The notes below the pieces were generated by a model, which was not told the DNA's origin, did no database searches, and saw only the letters and a program-made list of their open reading frames with translations. A program made the position numbers and the translations under genes. From Paraspadella gotoi (lineage: Eukaryota > Animalia > Chaetognatha), in NCBI GenBank assembly GCA_051294375.1, contig CM119270.1, forward strand, positions 897,238 through 961,237: a stretch of 64,000 nt of DNA. The letters run 5' to 3'. Position 1 is the stretch's first letter; each line of letters opens with the position of its first letter. Shown piece by piece: positions 37,170 through 52,300 of this stretch.

Positions 37170-38500
37170 ATGGAATTGGCGGAGAAGGAATTCCTCCAGG
37201 CGATGATGTCGTACGGGATCATGGAGGGTCGTCAGGTGAAGGCGGTCATCAACGACATCATCAGGCGCCACGAGGTCGAGACCGACTTCGCCTCCTACAT
37301 CCCTTCGGTAGTCGCCGCCATCCAATCAACACGTGGAACCGTTCGACATGCAGGTTTTGGGGGGGGCGCGCTGTTATGTCTTTTAATGAAACGCTTCTCG
37401 GTTTAGGAATATTAGATTTAAAAATTCAGTATAATTTTATAATAAATGTAAATTTTGTTTAAAACTATAACCCTTTCCCTCCCTTTCCCCTCGCTTGCCT
37501 TCCTCTTCTCCCCTCCTCCTCCTCCCCCCCCCATCCCAAACTCCCCCCCCCAACCGCAGATCAAAAAGTGCGTTTGCGAGATCCGAGGGACGAACTACTA
37601 CGCGTTGATCAACCAGACGGAGCATCCGCCTCAACCGGTTCTCGCCGAGATATTCCCCGCCCCAACTTGAGCTCTTCAAGCGGATCGTCGAGGAGGCCGT
37701 GTCGTCTGAGACGGGATCCGTCAGCTCGGTGGACGTTCTCAACTTCGACTTGGGGATCGTGGGTGAGTTGGGATATTTAACTGTGAATTGCGAATTAGTC
37801 GTTGAATGCATTGATTAGTCGTTAAATGCATTGATCGATCGATGAACTTAAATCGATCAATCAATCAATCGATCAACCTTTCGCAGGTAAATTCTCCCGC
37901 AAAGATCGCGAGGACACTCTCTCCAAGATGGAGGCGGACAAATGGCTCGTCCAGGTGATGAGCGGGGTTTTCCGTCTCTTGCTCACCCTTCTGAGAGTAT
38001 CAATATCGCAGGAAGGTAAATAGGATCGAGTTTATGTCCAACACAGGATCGCGGCGACGTCTCCCTCGGCGTCCGAAGCATCTCCGAGCTCGACGTCTAC
38101 ATCCGGGAGGCGCATCGCGACGTCGTCAAGATGTGCCACGGCTGCAACGCTCTCGTCATCCGGGGTATGTCCCTTTTGCCTCTGTCGCATTCGCTCGTAC
38201 ATTCCTCTCACTTTATCTATATCACTCTATATTTTCCAAGGTCAACGCTGTGATTCATGCGACGTTCGCATTCACAATCACTGCGCCAAGAAGCTCTTCA
38301 AATCCGGAACCCAACCAAAGTGTCCTCGTTGCAAGGCGCCGTGGACGACGCCGGCCGAAGAGACGCCCGCGTCTCAAGGCCCGACACAAACGACGCCGCG
38401 GGAGACGAAACCGGCGTCGGATGAAGAAGCGGCGTCGCAAATGCCGCCACCGTCGGCGCCGGGCGCCAGGCGTTCGAGGAGATTGGAAGCCGAACATTGA
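37170..38500 (+). CDS. NSMCE1: SMC5/6 complex subunit Nse1; exons 37170-37353, 37560-37762, 37887-37954, 38047-38164, 38241-38500; two apparent 1-nt frameshifts
   Basis: FLQAMMSYG, YYALIN, QLELFKRIVE...SETGSVSS, KWL, ELDVYIRE and a RING (CHGC..CDSC..HNHC..CPRC..W). An extra C near 37322 and another near 37629 break the frame. Confidence 0.88.
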
Positions 38501-38755
38501 ATCTCTTCCTGATCTTTCCCCCCCTCCCCGTTGTCCCCCCCTCCTTTCACCCCAACTCCTTTTTCCCCTCTATATCACATCGCCGTTCGACTTATTACAA
38601 TTTTGTACCAAATTTTCGTACACGCATCGACTTTCTCATATTTTCAATAGTCTACACTTTTTTTTTTCGTTGATTTATCGAGACAGCCTCAGAGCCCCTT
38701 CCTCTACCGGGCGCCGTCGTCGCCGACGGTTCTGCCGAGTCGAGGCGACGAAACA

Positions 38756-40026
38756 ATGGCTTCCTTGGTGACGACGACTCGCTTCCTCTTCCTCTTCCCT
38801 TCTTCTCGAACTTCTCTGCTCCTTCCCAGATTATTGACTCGTCCTCCGCTGCGCTGCTTTGCCGCAGCCGCCGCCGCCTCGCCGTTTAGTTTGAGACGTT
38901 CCCGCCTCAAAGCGGAAGGAGGCGTCGCTAAGGTCGCGGCGGCGAAGCCGCTGACGCTAAACGGGAATCGTTGGACGAGAGGCGCGGCGACAGCAGGAGG
39001 AAGCGGCGTCGCAGAGACGGCTTCCGCGACTGCGGCGTCAGCAACGAAGGAAAATAGCGACAATAACAACGAAAACCTCTCGTTAAAAGCGACAATATCG
39101 TCGCCGTCTTTATCTGCATCCACAACAACAACAACAACTACAACTACCATCAAGGAAAACATTTTAACAATCCCCAACGTTTTAACGGGAGCTCGGATGG
39201 CGTTATCCCCCTTGATCGGTTACCTCGTTCTCATCCACAGCTATGGACCGGCCATGGTGATCTTCGTCTTCGCTGGACTCACCGACATGTTGGACGGATA
39301 CATTGCGAGAAATTTCAAAAATCAGTCGTCGACTCTCGGCATGGCGATCGACCCTCTGGCGGACAAACTACTAATGACCGTGATGGCGGTGAGTCTCTCC
39401 ATGGTCAATCTCCTCCCGCCGACGTTGACGCTACTCATCGTCACGCGTGACGTTCTTCTCATCGCTTCGGGTTTTGCCCTCCGCTGGTTCTCATTACCTC
39501 CGCCTATGACTATAAAACGGTGAGGAGAGAGCGACTGGGTGGTTTTTCTCCAGTTTGAGTTTCAAGTTCCCAAAACAGTCCATCCGTTTTATTCTTTGTG
39601 ACACTAACTTAGCGAAAGGTGACAAAAATCGTGACAATGTTAAGGAGGAAGCCCAGAATGTAATTAAATTTTTCACTTATCAGATACTTCGACATCTCCC
39701 TCCCTTCGGCCGAAGTCTACCCTACTTTCACCAGCAAATTGAACACTGTTGTGCAAATCTCCACCATCGCCGCTTCTCTCGCGGCACCGCTTTTTGGTTT
39801 CATTGACGCCACATGGTTGCGCGCCCTGTGGGTCCTCACCGGCGTCACCACTGTCGTTTCTGGCGCGAGTTATGCCTACAATGGCGCCAATTGCTTCAAG
39901 ATACTTTCAGAAAAAGAGAATGTAATTAGACATGGCTCTGGGGCATCCATGAAGGCCGTACGAGTGGCTGGAGGGGTCGGGTTTGCTCTTGGACTGATGT
40001 TTGTGATGTGGAAAGTGACTAGTTGA
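38756..40026 (+). CDS. CRLS1: Cardiolipin synthase (CMP-forming), copy A; exons 38756-39519, 39684-40026
   Basis: Arg/Ser/Leu-rich mitochondrial-type presequence, ENILTIPNVLT, CDP-alcohol phosphotransferase motif DMLDGYIAR...G..IDPLADK, RDV, SKLNT. Confidence 0.93.
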
Positions 40027-40778
40027 TGTGATTTGTGTTAGATTTCAGAACATTTAAAGTGGAAAAGATTAAAAAGTTTTAATGACTAAAGCAAATACAA
40101 GTCGAGTAGTTTTCCAACTGCATCAATTATTCAACTATTTTTTGCAAAAATCTTCCGAACCATGTGATAATCGCTAATTTAAATTATTATATATTGCTAT
40201 ATGTCAAAAAGTGTTTTTTGATATTTCAATTTTTTTAATTGATTCTGATAGACGAAAGATGTAATTAAAACTTTTTAAAATTTTGAAGTTTTATTACTGA
40301 AAATTAGAAAAAATTTCTAACATCATCGTTAGATGATGATGATGATTATTATTTTTTTCAGGTTTTGCCCAATTTTGACCCACTTATCAAAATATTGAAA
40401 AAAGAATTGTATTTTGTGTAGACAACTTTTTATAAGCTATCTGAATCTGCTTTTAAATATACAAAATTCCAAAAAATTTTTGATATTTCCCTTCTATAAA
40501 TAAATATTTAAAAAATAATTATTTGTGCTTATACCCATTTTAAAAATAATTTGAAAATTAAAAGTTTTTTGAGAAAAGTATTAAGTTTCATTTGGAAAAA
40601 TTCTGACCCACTAACATAAATTAAATTAAATTAAATTAACATAGATTGGCCCTAGTATAGGACCAGCGCCAGCTGACAAACGACTGCCTTTTTTTAATTT
40701 TTGTTGTGTTTTAATAAATAGTTTTGTTTTTTAATATTTTTTATAGTTCCTGCTTTGGCCATTCTTGTTGCAAATAAA

Positions 40779-41997
40779 ATGTTGACTTTAAGTGAAGAGG
40801 CGCAACAGTGGCAAAAGAAACCTGTAAGTGATACTAAAAAGGATGAAAATAACAATAAAATTGTTTCATCCACATTCAACTCGACAAAATCGTCACCATT
40901 TTTATCCTCTTGCTCACCAACAAAAATCACAGGAAGAAGTGAAAATATTTTTACCATCCCCAATTTGTTAACAAGTGCAAGGATGGTATTATCTCCGTTT
41001 ATTGGCCATCTCGTTCTCACCCACAACTATAAGCCGGCCTTGGCTTTCCTTGCCATAGCTGGTTTCACAGATATGTTAGATGGTTACATTGCCAGAAATT
41101 TTAAAAATCAGGTTTTTACAATTTAAAATATTTGACTATTAACATGACCTAATAAAATAATAATAACCAAAATTGATGAAATGAAATATAAATTAAAAAA
41201 TGTATGTTTTACCCTCATCCTTGTCAGTCATCGACTCTTGGTATGGCAATTGACCCTCTGGCAGACAAGGTCCTCATGACTATTATGACCGTGTCTCTCT
41301 CACTCATTGACCTCTTTCCGCTGACACTGATGCTAACCATTGTAACGCGTGATGTTGTTCTTATATCCTCTTGGTTTGCTCTCCGCTGGTTCTCATTGCC
41401 TTCCCCCATGACCTTTAAACGGTGAGGCGAGGAGGGTGCGTAAGGGAGAGTGAATGATAAAGAAAGTAGTGACAGGAGAGTGAAAATTCAAATTAATATG
41501 ACAGGGAAAGAGAACTGTTTTTAGTTACTACTTGATAGCTTCTTTATAGCTAAAGAAACTCATTTTTTTTAATATTTATAATTATAATTTAATTATTACA
41601 ATTAATTATAATTACAACTATTATAATTTACAATTACTTCCAATTATCCTTTGATAATCAATTACTCATCAGATTCTTTGATATCTCTCTCCCATCGGCC
41701 GAAGTCTACCCTACCTTCTTCAGCAAACTCAACACCCACGTTCAGATCTACACCATCGCCGCTTCTCTCGCGGCGCCGCTTTTTGGTGCCATTGACGCCC
41801 CATGGTTGCGCGCCCTGTGGGTCCTCACCGGCGTCACCACTGTCGTCTCTGGCGCGAGTTACGCCTACAATGGCGCCAGTTGCTTTAAGATTCTATCCAA
41901 AAAGAAAGACGACTTGTCGGTGCGGACCGTGCGAGTAGCCGGTGGGGTCGCCTTCACCGTAGGGCTGTTGTTCCTGATGTGGAGATCGACTTGTTGA
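40779..41997 (+). CDS. CRLS1: Cardiolipin synthase, tandem copy B; exons 40779-41111, 41228-41421, 41673-41997 (start codon uncertain)
   Basis: ENIFTIPNLLT, DMLDGYIARNFKNQ|SSTLGMAIDPLADK, SKLNT. The frame is intact across two GT-AG introns. Confidence 0.85.
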
Positions 41998-42465
41998 TAG
42001 AAGTTTATTAAATTGTTTTTGAGTAGGACTGAAATTCTCAATGGTTTCGTTTCGAAAAGGATTGGACTAGTCCAGAAAGTTTTCTGTTACATAATTGAGG
42101 GGATTTTTTAAGCCCTGCAATTTTGTATTTTTTTACAATTGGTTATTGCTATTTTACATACAGTTGATCTTTTGATTAACCGACAGTAGAACAGTTTTGT
42201 TGTGTTATATGAACGTATTATTTGACGTAAATGAGTGGAAGGGCAAGTTTTAAAAGTTGCAAATAATTAAAAGTAATATCTATCCCACACAAAACGCTTT
42301 GGCGCTTTTTTCTTTTTTCCCACGGTTTTTATCCTTTTATGTTTTTTTTATATTTTCTAGGTAGTAATTACCCTTTCTGAAAAAAAAAAATAATCTCCCA
42401 CCCCCCCCTTAAATGTACCGCAATTCGTGTTATGCCCCGTCGTCGTCGTCGTCTTAAAACCGGAA

Positions 42466-45400
42466 ATGTTGACTTCAAACGGATTTCAAACGGACGCCGC
42501 AGATTTAGTTCTCTCTCTCTTCCCCGTCAACGAGTTAGCAGCCTCGTTATCGGCGCCGACCTGGCTGCCGCTGGGCTGGGCCGCGTTGCCTTACCCCAAG
42601 GGCCTCAACTTGGTGAGGGTCTTCAAGAAACCGCGAGAGATTCCGAGGTTTGCATGAGCGCTGGTTGGGGGGGGAAGGAAAGAAGAAAGTGGTTAAGCAG
42701 AAAGTTTTGTTTATCGCCCAAAAGGAATGTCACTCCCCTCATCCTCTTGCCACTCCACCAACCCTTGCCACTCCTCATCCCCCTCAATCCCTTGCCACTC
42801 CCTCATCCCTCATTCCCCCATTCCCTTGCCACTCCCCCATCCCCCTTGCCACTCCACCCCTCCTAGGCACTCCCCCATCCCTTTCCGCTTCCCCCATCCC
42901 CTTTCCGCTCCCCCCATCCCCTTGCCACTCCCCTCATCCCATTGCCACTACCCCATCCCTTGCCACTACCCCATCTCCTTGCCACTCCCCTCACCCCCTT
43001 GCCACTCCCTCACCCCTTGCCACTCCCCTCATCCCTTGCCACTCCAGATGCGACCTCCACGTCTTGTCCTCCCCAAATCTTTCCTCCACTTCGCTATCTT
43101 CGCGGCCAAATCGCCCGAGAGCGCCTCCCCCAATTCTCCTGCCTCTTCTCTCCGATTCCCGACGCCTCGGCGCCGCCCGGAACTCCGATGCCCACTCAGT
43201 ACAAACTGCTCAAGTTCGTCACCACCGTCAGCGAGGTTCCCCACGCTTGTCGTTGTTGTTGTTGTCGTCGTTTTGTTAATTTAGAAAGAGAAAGTATAGG
43301 AAAGACGAGGGGAAGGAAGGAAAGAAATAGAAAGTCATTCGGATGGTGAAAGCCAAGACATGCGGTGTGGGAAGAAACTACATAAATACCTACGAACAAG
43401 AACAAGTACTTAACGAAAGGAGAAAAAAGAACATTTCCAAAGAGGACTGAAAGAGAAAGATTTGGACTTAATCATTAGGGAGTGCATTAGCCGTTACAAT
43501 ACGAATACAATAAAATACAATTTTCGTTTTTTCTGTTTCACAGGTTCTCGAGGTTCTCTCTCTTCTCCAGTCCAGCGAAGATTTTTCGCCTGCCAATCCA
43601 ACGCCGCCGCCGCCGCAGACTCAATTGCCTCACCCGCTGCCGCAACCTCATCCGCCGCCGCCGCAACCTCATCCGCCTCACCCGCCACCGCAACCTCATC
43701 CACCTCAGCCGCCGCTGCAACCTCAACTTCAGCCGCCGCTGCAACCTCAACTTCAGCCGCCGCACGGATCTGCCCCACTTATCTATTCTACGCAGACACC
43801 GAATAGTTCGCTTCTGCCTCAGCAGCCGCCAGAGCAGCCTATACTGCAGCCTTCGCATGAATCGGCACTCCTCAACTACGCCATAGAGACGCCGAAAGGG
43901 TTGCTGCCGCAGCCGTCGCTTCCGAGCAGCAGCTCTCTCGAACGACGACAAAATTTCGTCGAAGATAAAGGGAAACGCGGAAACACCCTCTCTAAAGTCG
44001 GTGGCGATGGAAGAAGGAGTCTCGAAGATGGCGGCGGCATCGCCGGCCCTAGCATCGCCGGCGCTGGCATTCTCGATCAACAACCCCAAGAAAAAGATGG
44101 CATCATTTGCCAGGACGCGAAAACCGGGGAAATCTTTTTCGTCCCTAAACCCGTTCCTCCTTTGCGACGAACGAAGACGACGACGAATTCTTTCGTCGCT
44201 GAGGAGAAGCGTCGACGGCGAAGGGTCATCATCCCTTGCGTCGAGTGTCGGAACTCGTTTGGAAGTCAGAGCGAGTACGAGGCTCACGTCGTTAAGGGTG
44301 AGAGAAGAGGGAGAAAGAGAAGCTTGAAGGAGAGAGAGAGAGAGAGAGAGAGAGATAGATAGAGATCATTAAAAAAATATTTGATGGAAGTAAACGAATA
44401 TGAATTAATGATAAAATTGAAATCCCCAGCCTATCGATCTCAAATCAACCTTGTCGATATATCCGGCAATCATTACCGCGTCGCCATCTCCTGCCGGATT
44501 TGCGGCGCCCTTTCTCAGGATCCGGCGCGACTCGTGGTCCACTTTGCCCAATGCCATCCAGAAGCCAAGCCGCTTCAGTGCGCTCAGTGCCGAGTGGACC
44601 TCGCCGGCCTGACTGAGCTGCACGATCATTTGGAAGAGCCTGCGCTGACCAAGAGTCATCTATACCTGCAGGACTTATCCAGCCTTCTTTGGAAATTGCT
44701 GTTGAGAAACGGCCTCTTGGAGGGTGGCGCCGGCGAGGCGCCGGCCGCACGGCGCGCCAACAACGAAGATGGCGCTGCCCTCCAAATCAAATTGACGAGA
44801 CGACGACGCCGCGTTCTCGCCGGGCGCCAATTCGACCGCGACGATGACGCCTGTCTGATTGACATTGCCGACGCCGACACAGGAGGCATCATCTCCGCTC
44901 CGGCGCTGCGTCGGCAGCTGCTCGAGTTCGAAGGACGCCGCGTGAAGGGCGCCGTCGTGGAAGCGGAAGCGGCGTCAGTCGGCGCCGAACAGATCTTTAA
45001 GGGACACTGCGAGATCGAGAGGGGAGAAGGAGGCGGCGTCGTGATTCGGCTGGAAGAGGAGGTGATGGTTTAAAAGTCGCGGCGTTTTTTGTAGATCATT
45101 TCAATCTCATTTGCATATTGTCGTATTTTCATTAAGTCTTGATAAATTTCTTTTTTATGGGCTTATAGGCTTAATTTTATTATTTTAGCAAGTGATTATG
45201 CAGTTGATCCATGTTACTTAATAGATTGGATTAGCTTATAATTAATTATCCTTGTTTAATGTATATCATTTAATTCCAAGGGTCAGCCAAAAGAGATCGA
45301 GATTGACGACGAAGGCGGAGCGAGACGCATCCACGAAGCGTCGTTGTCTACGCCCATCTCTCTCGGCATTCCCGGATCCTCTCTCGGCGACACTGTCGAT

Positions 45401-45808
45401 TTCAGTTTCGGCGGCATAATAGGAGGCGGCTACGTCGGTGACGCGACAGACTTGCCGCCGTCGTCTTCCCTCGAGACGCCCATCCTTTTTCCCTCCAGCG
45501 TCGTTTCCAGTTTCCCCGACGTCGCCGGTATGTCGGATCCTCTCGTCGGCGCGGACGCGTTGACGGTGCCGTCAACGGTCGCCATGACGACAACGTGGAC
45601 AGACGACGCTGTATTCGGACATCCACTTTGTCCTGGGACGTTCTCTCTCGGCGACGGCGCCGCCATGTTGATTCTCAACTGTGGCGACGACTCAACGCCG
45701 GGGACTTTGCAGCTCACGATGCCGGTTAATCCCGGCGACTTTCCGGCCGACGATTATGGGACGGACTTTTCCGTGGGGGGCGAGGAACCCCCTGCCGACA
45801 ACAGCTGA
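42466..45808 (+). CDS. Orphan protein with a Pro/Gln-rich region and C2H2-like zinc fingers; well-supported exons 43544-44297, 44430-45061, 45281-45808; 5' exons (about 42466-42647, 43048-43234) have uncertain frame
   Basis: CVEC...EAH, CRIC...VVHFAQCH, CAQC...HDH. The last three exons join in frame; the 5' part needs an indel to join. Confidence 0.55.
42731..43045 (+). repeat. Intronic minisatellite with CCCTTGCCACTCCC core
   Basis: Repeated cccttgccact units of about 18-21 nt, running up to the acceptor at 43047. Confidence 0.9.
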
Positions 45809-46173
45809 TCCGGCGGACTGATCCTTCTGCTGATCCTGCATTTGATCCATCTGCTGATCCCGCGGTTGATCCATCTGCTGCTGATCCAGCGACTTGAGGG
45901 AAACCAATTTCTTTTCCGTTGACCCTTTTTTATGTAGCTTTTTTTTTTCCCCCTCCGTTTTGAGATTATGTCGACAATGTTTGTTGGTTTGTTTACTTTA
46001 CAATAAGCAGATGTGATATTTGTTTATGAATTTCGTATTTTATATCCATCATTATTAATTTTCTCACCTTTTTTTAATATAAAGCGCGAGCGTGCCCGAA
46101 TCCCCTTCCCCTTTTTTCCCCGCTCGATTCGTCGAGTCACGACGATTAAAAAAAAAACAAACACACAAACTAA

Positions 46174-48077
<1,904 letters not shown>

Positions 48078-48318
48078 AGAAGATAAAGACGACGACGACG
48101 ACGACGAATATTAAGCGTGGGAAGTTTTATTTTTTGAAGAGAGATATTTCGAACAGAAAACTAAAGGAAGAAAACCCGGATGTGGATGAGTTAATTGGAA
48201 GTGAATAGGAAGAAAACCCGGATGCGGATGAGTTAATATAACGCAACCTTATTTTTTTTTCCTTTTCTTGGTTTTTTTTTGGGGGGGGGAAGGAATACAA
48301 GACGTTCATTAACAAATG

Positions 48319-48385
<67 letters not shown>

Positions 48386-49311
48386 CACCTTGGCGTCTAG
48401 TCACGCTCTCTGTGTAGGACTAGCGATATTAGATTTTTTCGTAACTTAGCGGTACTCGCCGTGGGATGGCGTTGAGAGTCGACTTGGTAGTCAAATTAAG
48501 CCGCGTTTCCTCGTCAACGGCCTAATAAAAAAAATACTTCTTGTTATTTCGAGATGACCAGAGTTTAACACTGCCTATTATTGATACTAGTATAATTATT
48601 AATATATCATTTTTCTAGTGCCGCTATCCTTTTATTAAATACTATTATTATTACGATTTATTGCAAACGTGACGAATGCTAATTGCGCACAGTTGGAAAC
48701 GAGGACGTTGTTTACCGAGTCATCGCTAAACAGGGATGACAAGTTGACTGCCTCGTTCTTTTTCGCTCGTTTTATTGTTATTATTATTATTATTATTAAT
48801 ATAAATATTATGTCCCGTCGGAGACTTAGCCTTAAATATTCGGGAGCCGAGTTAACGCGGTTAACTTCTCTTCAGTCTTGTCTTTTGTTTTGTTGATTTT
48901 TCGTTTTTTTCGAGATAATTTTTTTTTTAATTTGCACATAAGCGTTTGACTTAAAGGAATTGTTTCTTATTGTATGTGATTATTTTCTCCTTTTTTTTCG
49001 CCCGCACTTTTTAAAAAAAAACACTTGGCACAAATTCTTAGGTTGGGTTAAAAACGGAATCACACGTGATCACTGATCAGTGATTGTGAAAACAGTTTCC
49101 AGTTTTGCAAATAAAAGATCAAATTGAATGTATGTGTTTTTTTAAACAAATTCTTAAGCTTTGTGATAAACCAATAACAGAATTAGATACGAAATTATAT
49201 CAGTTGGTGAATGATTCTTTTTTTGTTTCCCCTTCGTTTTTCTTTTCAAAACAACTTTTATTAAAAAGCAAAACTCGTCTAAGTTGGGGAAAAAAAAACA
49301 AAGGGGACGCC

Positions 49312-52300
49312 ATGTCGTCAGAGGAAGTGAAGAAAACGAAGATGGCGTTCGAGAAAAGAATCGCTCAATTCTCAGCGGACTCCGACGTCGTGATCCTCGC
49401 CGGCCCGGACCACCCGCTGGAGGTCTGGTGGCGTTACATCCTTTGGGCGCAGAGGAACGGCGTCCCCAAATTCGTCAAGGATCTCTGCCAGCGCTGCCTG
49501 GAGAACCTGATGACGGCGCCACGTCTTCTCGACGGCATCGACGCCGCATCCGACGAGCGCCTCTGCAATATATGGCTCAAAGTGGCCAACTCCCTCGACA
49601 AGGATCGCTCCTCCGTCTACGAACACATGTACCGAGAGAAGATCGCCTGGAAACTCGCTCTCTTCTACACCAACTGGGCAGAGTACACTCATCTAGCGGG
49701 TAACGTCAAGTTCGCCGTCAAGATCCTCAAAAGCGGATTGCGCAAAGAGGCGACGCCAAAGGAGAAGCTCTTGGAATGCCTCGCCAGGATTTCGCCCGGA
49801 GCTGAAGCGGCGGATACTGCAGCGGTCGCTGCTTCGACGCTTACGGCGGCGTCCGAAAGCTCGAAGCACGAATCATCTTCAGCGACTGCAGGGAATTCTA
49901 CAGCAGCCTCTTCAGCAACATCGACTCTCACAACGACGGCCTACACGGCGAGCATTTCCGAAGCCTCGGCACAAGCCACCGGCGCCGATCCAGTTCCCAA
50001 CTCGATCTTCAAGTTTTGCGTCGGTTGGGAACAATCGCCCGAGGAGACTCGCTTCCTGCGGTGGTGTCGCCAAGGTCGAGCTGAGGCGGACCAACTGCGC
50101 GTTCGCCTCATCAAGGCTGAGAAAGCAGCGGCGGCGGCTGTGGCGGCGGCCGAGGCAGCAGCCAGGAGCGCGGCGGCGGAGCGAGAGAGGGCCGACCGAC
50201 TCGCCGCCCTCCACCAGAAAAACCTGGAAGATTTGGAGAAAGGATTTGCAGCGCATCTCGAGGCGACTATGAAGAAATTTCACGTCCAGTTGGAGGAGAA
50301 AGAAGAGGAGATCAAGACGCTACATCTCAAGTTGAAGGAGCTGGCGGCGAGGAATGGAGGAGGAGCGGCGATGGGGGAAGGTGGAGCCGTCCAAGTCGGA
50401 GAAACTGGAGCAGAGAAAAGGGATCAGATCGTCGCCATGTTGACGCCCAAGGGACCGATGGTCAAGCGTCAAAGCTCAGGTGGGCGTTGGTTTAGTGAGA
50501 AAAGAATGGTTGGAAAAAGGGATAAGTGCGAAGAGTAAAGGGGAGGGAGAAAGGAGTGGCACGATGAAAATAAAATGCGGAATGAATTGAGATGTTTGAG
50601 ATCGAGAATGATTTATTTTCCCACCAGGATAACAATAGCAACAATATCTAACAATGAGATAAAAAAAAATTAAGTACATTAGGACAATGACAAATGGAAG
50701 AAATCTGAGAAAGAGAACCCCATGCTATTCTCTCCCGCCCCCACCCCCAATTTTCTTTCTTATCCAGGCGAAGCGGCCTACAACCGAACAGGCATGGCCT
50801 CCCCGACAATCAACGCCCGCTTGGCTCAGGCTCAAGTCTTGGCTCTCTTCAATCACACCCTCAATTTCGCTCCGGTCGAACCTTCGATCGTCGGCGCCGA
50901 CGCCTCTTCCTTCGCCGCGCCACTTCCGGCGAAAGGCCCGCTTTTCGACGAGGACAAGGAGAACCGCGGGACGGACAACGCTGCTGCTGCAACCGCCGCC
51001 TCGGCAACGCCCTTCGCCATCTTCAAGGATCCTACAGAAAAGCTTAGTCAAGCGCAGAAGCTGGCGGCGCGACAGCGCCCTCTCGCCGCGGCGCCGGCAA
51101 ATGACGAGAACGCGCCGTCGGCGATCAACGATGAAAACGCGGCACCTTTTGAGAGACGACCATTTGTGGTGAGTTAATTTATTGTAAAGTAAATTATTAA
51201 TTATTAATTAACTTGGATAATTGGATGATATAAATTAATTTGTGATTTAATTCAGCGTAATAAGTAAAGTATATATTTATTGATGTAATCAAAATTAAAC
51301 GCCTTTCCACTCTTGCGACAGCAAGCGCCCCCCAACCCTCCCTTCGCTCCACCCAAATCCGACTTCTTCTCCGGCGACGTGACTTCCTTCAATCCTCCGG
51401 AATCTTCAACCGTCAACGTCGCCTCCATCCAAGGCGTCAAGAGCGTCAGGCAGCTCTGTCAGGACGCCACCGTCAAGTTTAACGTCCCCGTCAAGGCTTT
51501 GATCAAGGACGCCGACGAAGAGATGGACGATGGTGAGATTTTGTGGGATTTGGCTGCAGTCGTGGTTAAGAAATGATGGGAAATTATAAGCAGACGAGGG
51601 CGAACATTCTACCTCCAAGGAAGTTAAAAATTCAAATATTTAACAAAGTAGAGTAATAAAGCATTGACCCTCTTTTAAAAACTTTCTTTATTTTTCTTTT
51701 CGAAATCTATGCTACTGCAACATGCAAATAAGATTTTCATCCTCTTATATTTTTCTATCAGACGGACACGCGATCGGCGAAATTGGCGACATTTCCCAAT
51801 TCGTTCCACCCAGCAGCAGCACGCGCAACTGGAACGCGCTGGCGAAAGCCGCGCAGCAGAATCCGCTCGACGATGGCAGAGAAAAAGACGCCGCGAAGCC
51901 GCCGCCGAGAGAAATCGAGAGGCCGGCGCGATACGGCATCGATCGACCCTCTGGGCCACCGCCGGCTCCCTCGTCCAATTTCGGCCAATACGACGCCGGT
52001 TTGATCGAAGGCGCGGGATTGACGGACGGCGCTCTCGGTGAAGGTTGGTCTCTGTCTCTTTCCCCCTCTCCCCATCCCCCCCTCCCTTCCCCCTCTCTAA
52101 ATTCCATCCCTTCCCCCCTCTCTAAATTCCATCCCTTCCCCCCTCTCTAAATTCCATCCCTTCCCCCTCCCTAAGGAAATCTCCTCACCATCTACGAAGT
52201 CTCCAAAGAATTCTCCCAAATCAGCGTCGGATCCAATCATCGCTTTTCCTCCTCCTCCTCTTCCTCCTCCAGCGGCTCCGCTACGGCGCTGAGCAAATCC

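Noticed and set aside
48390-48880. GC-richer islands between S6K and BUB1 (also 36400-36700) as possible snoRNA or SL RNA genes
   Set aside because: No convincing C/D, H/ACA or donor-plus-Sm-site arrangement found by eye; would need cmscan.
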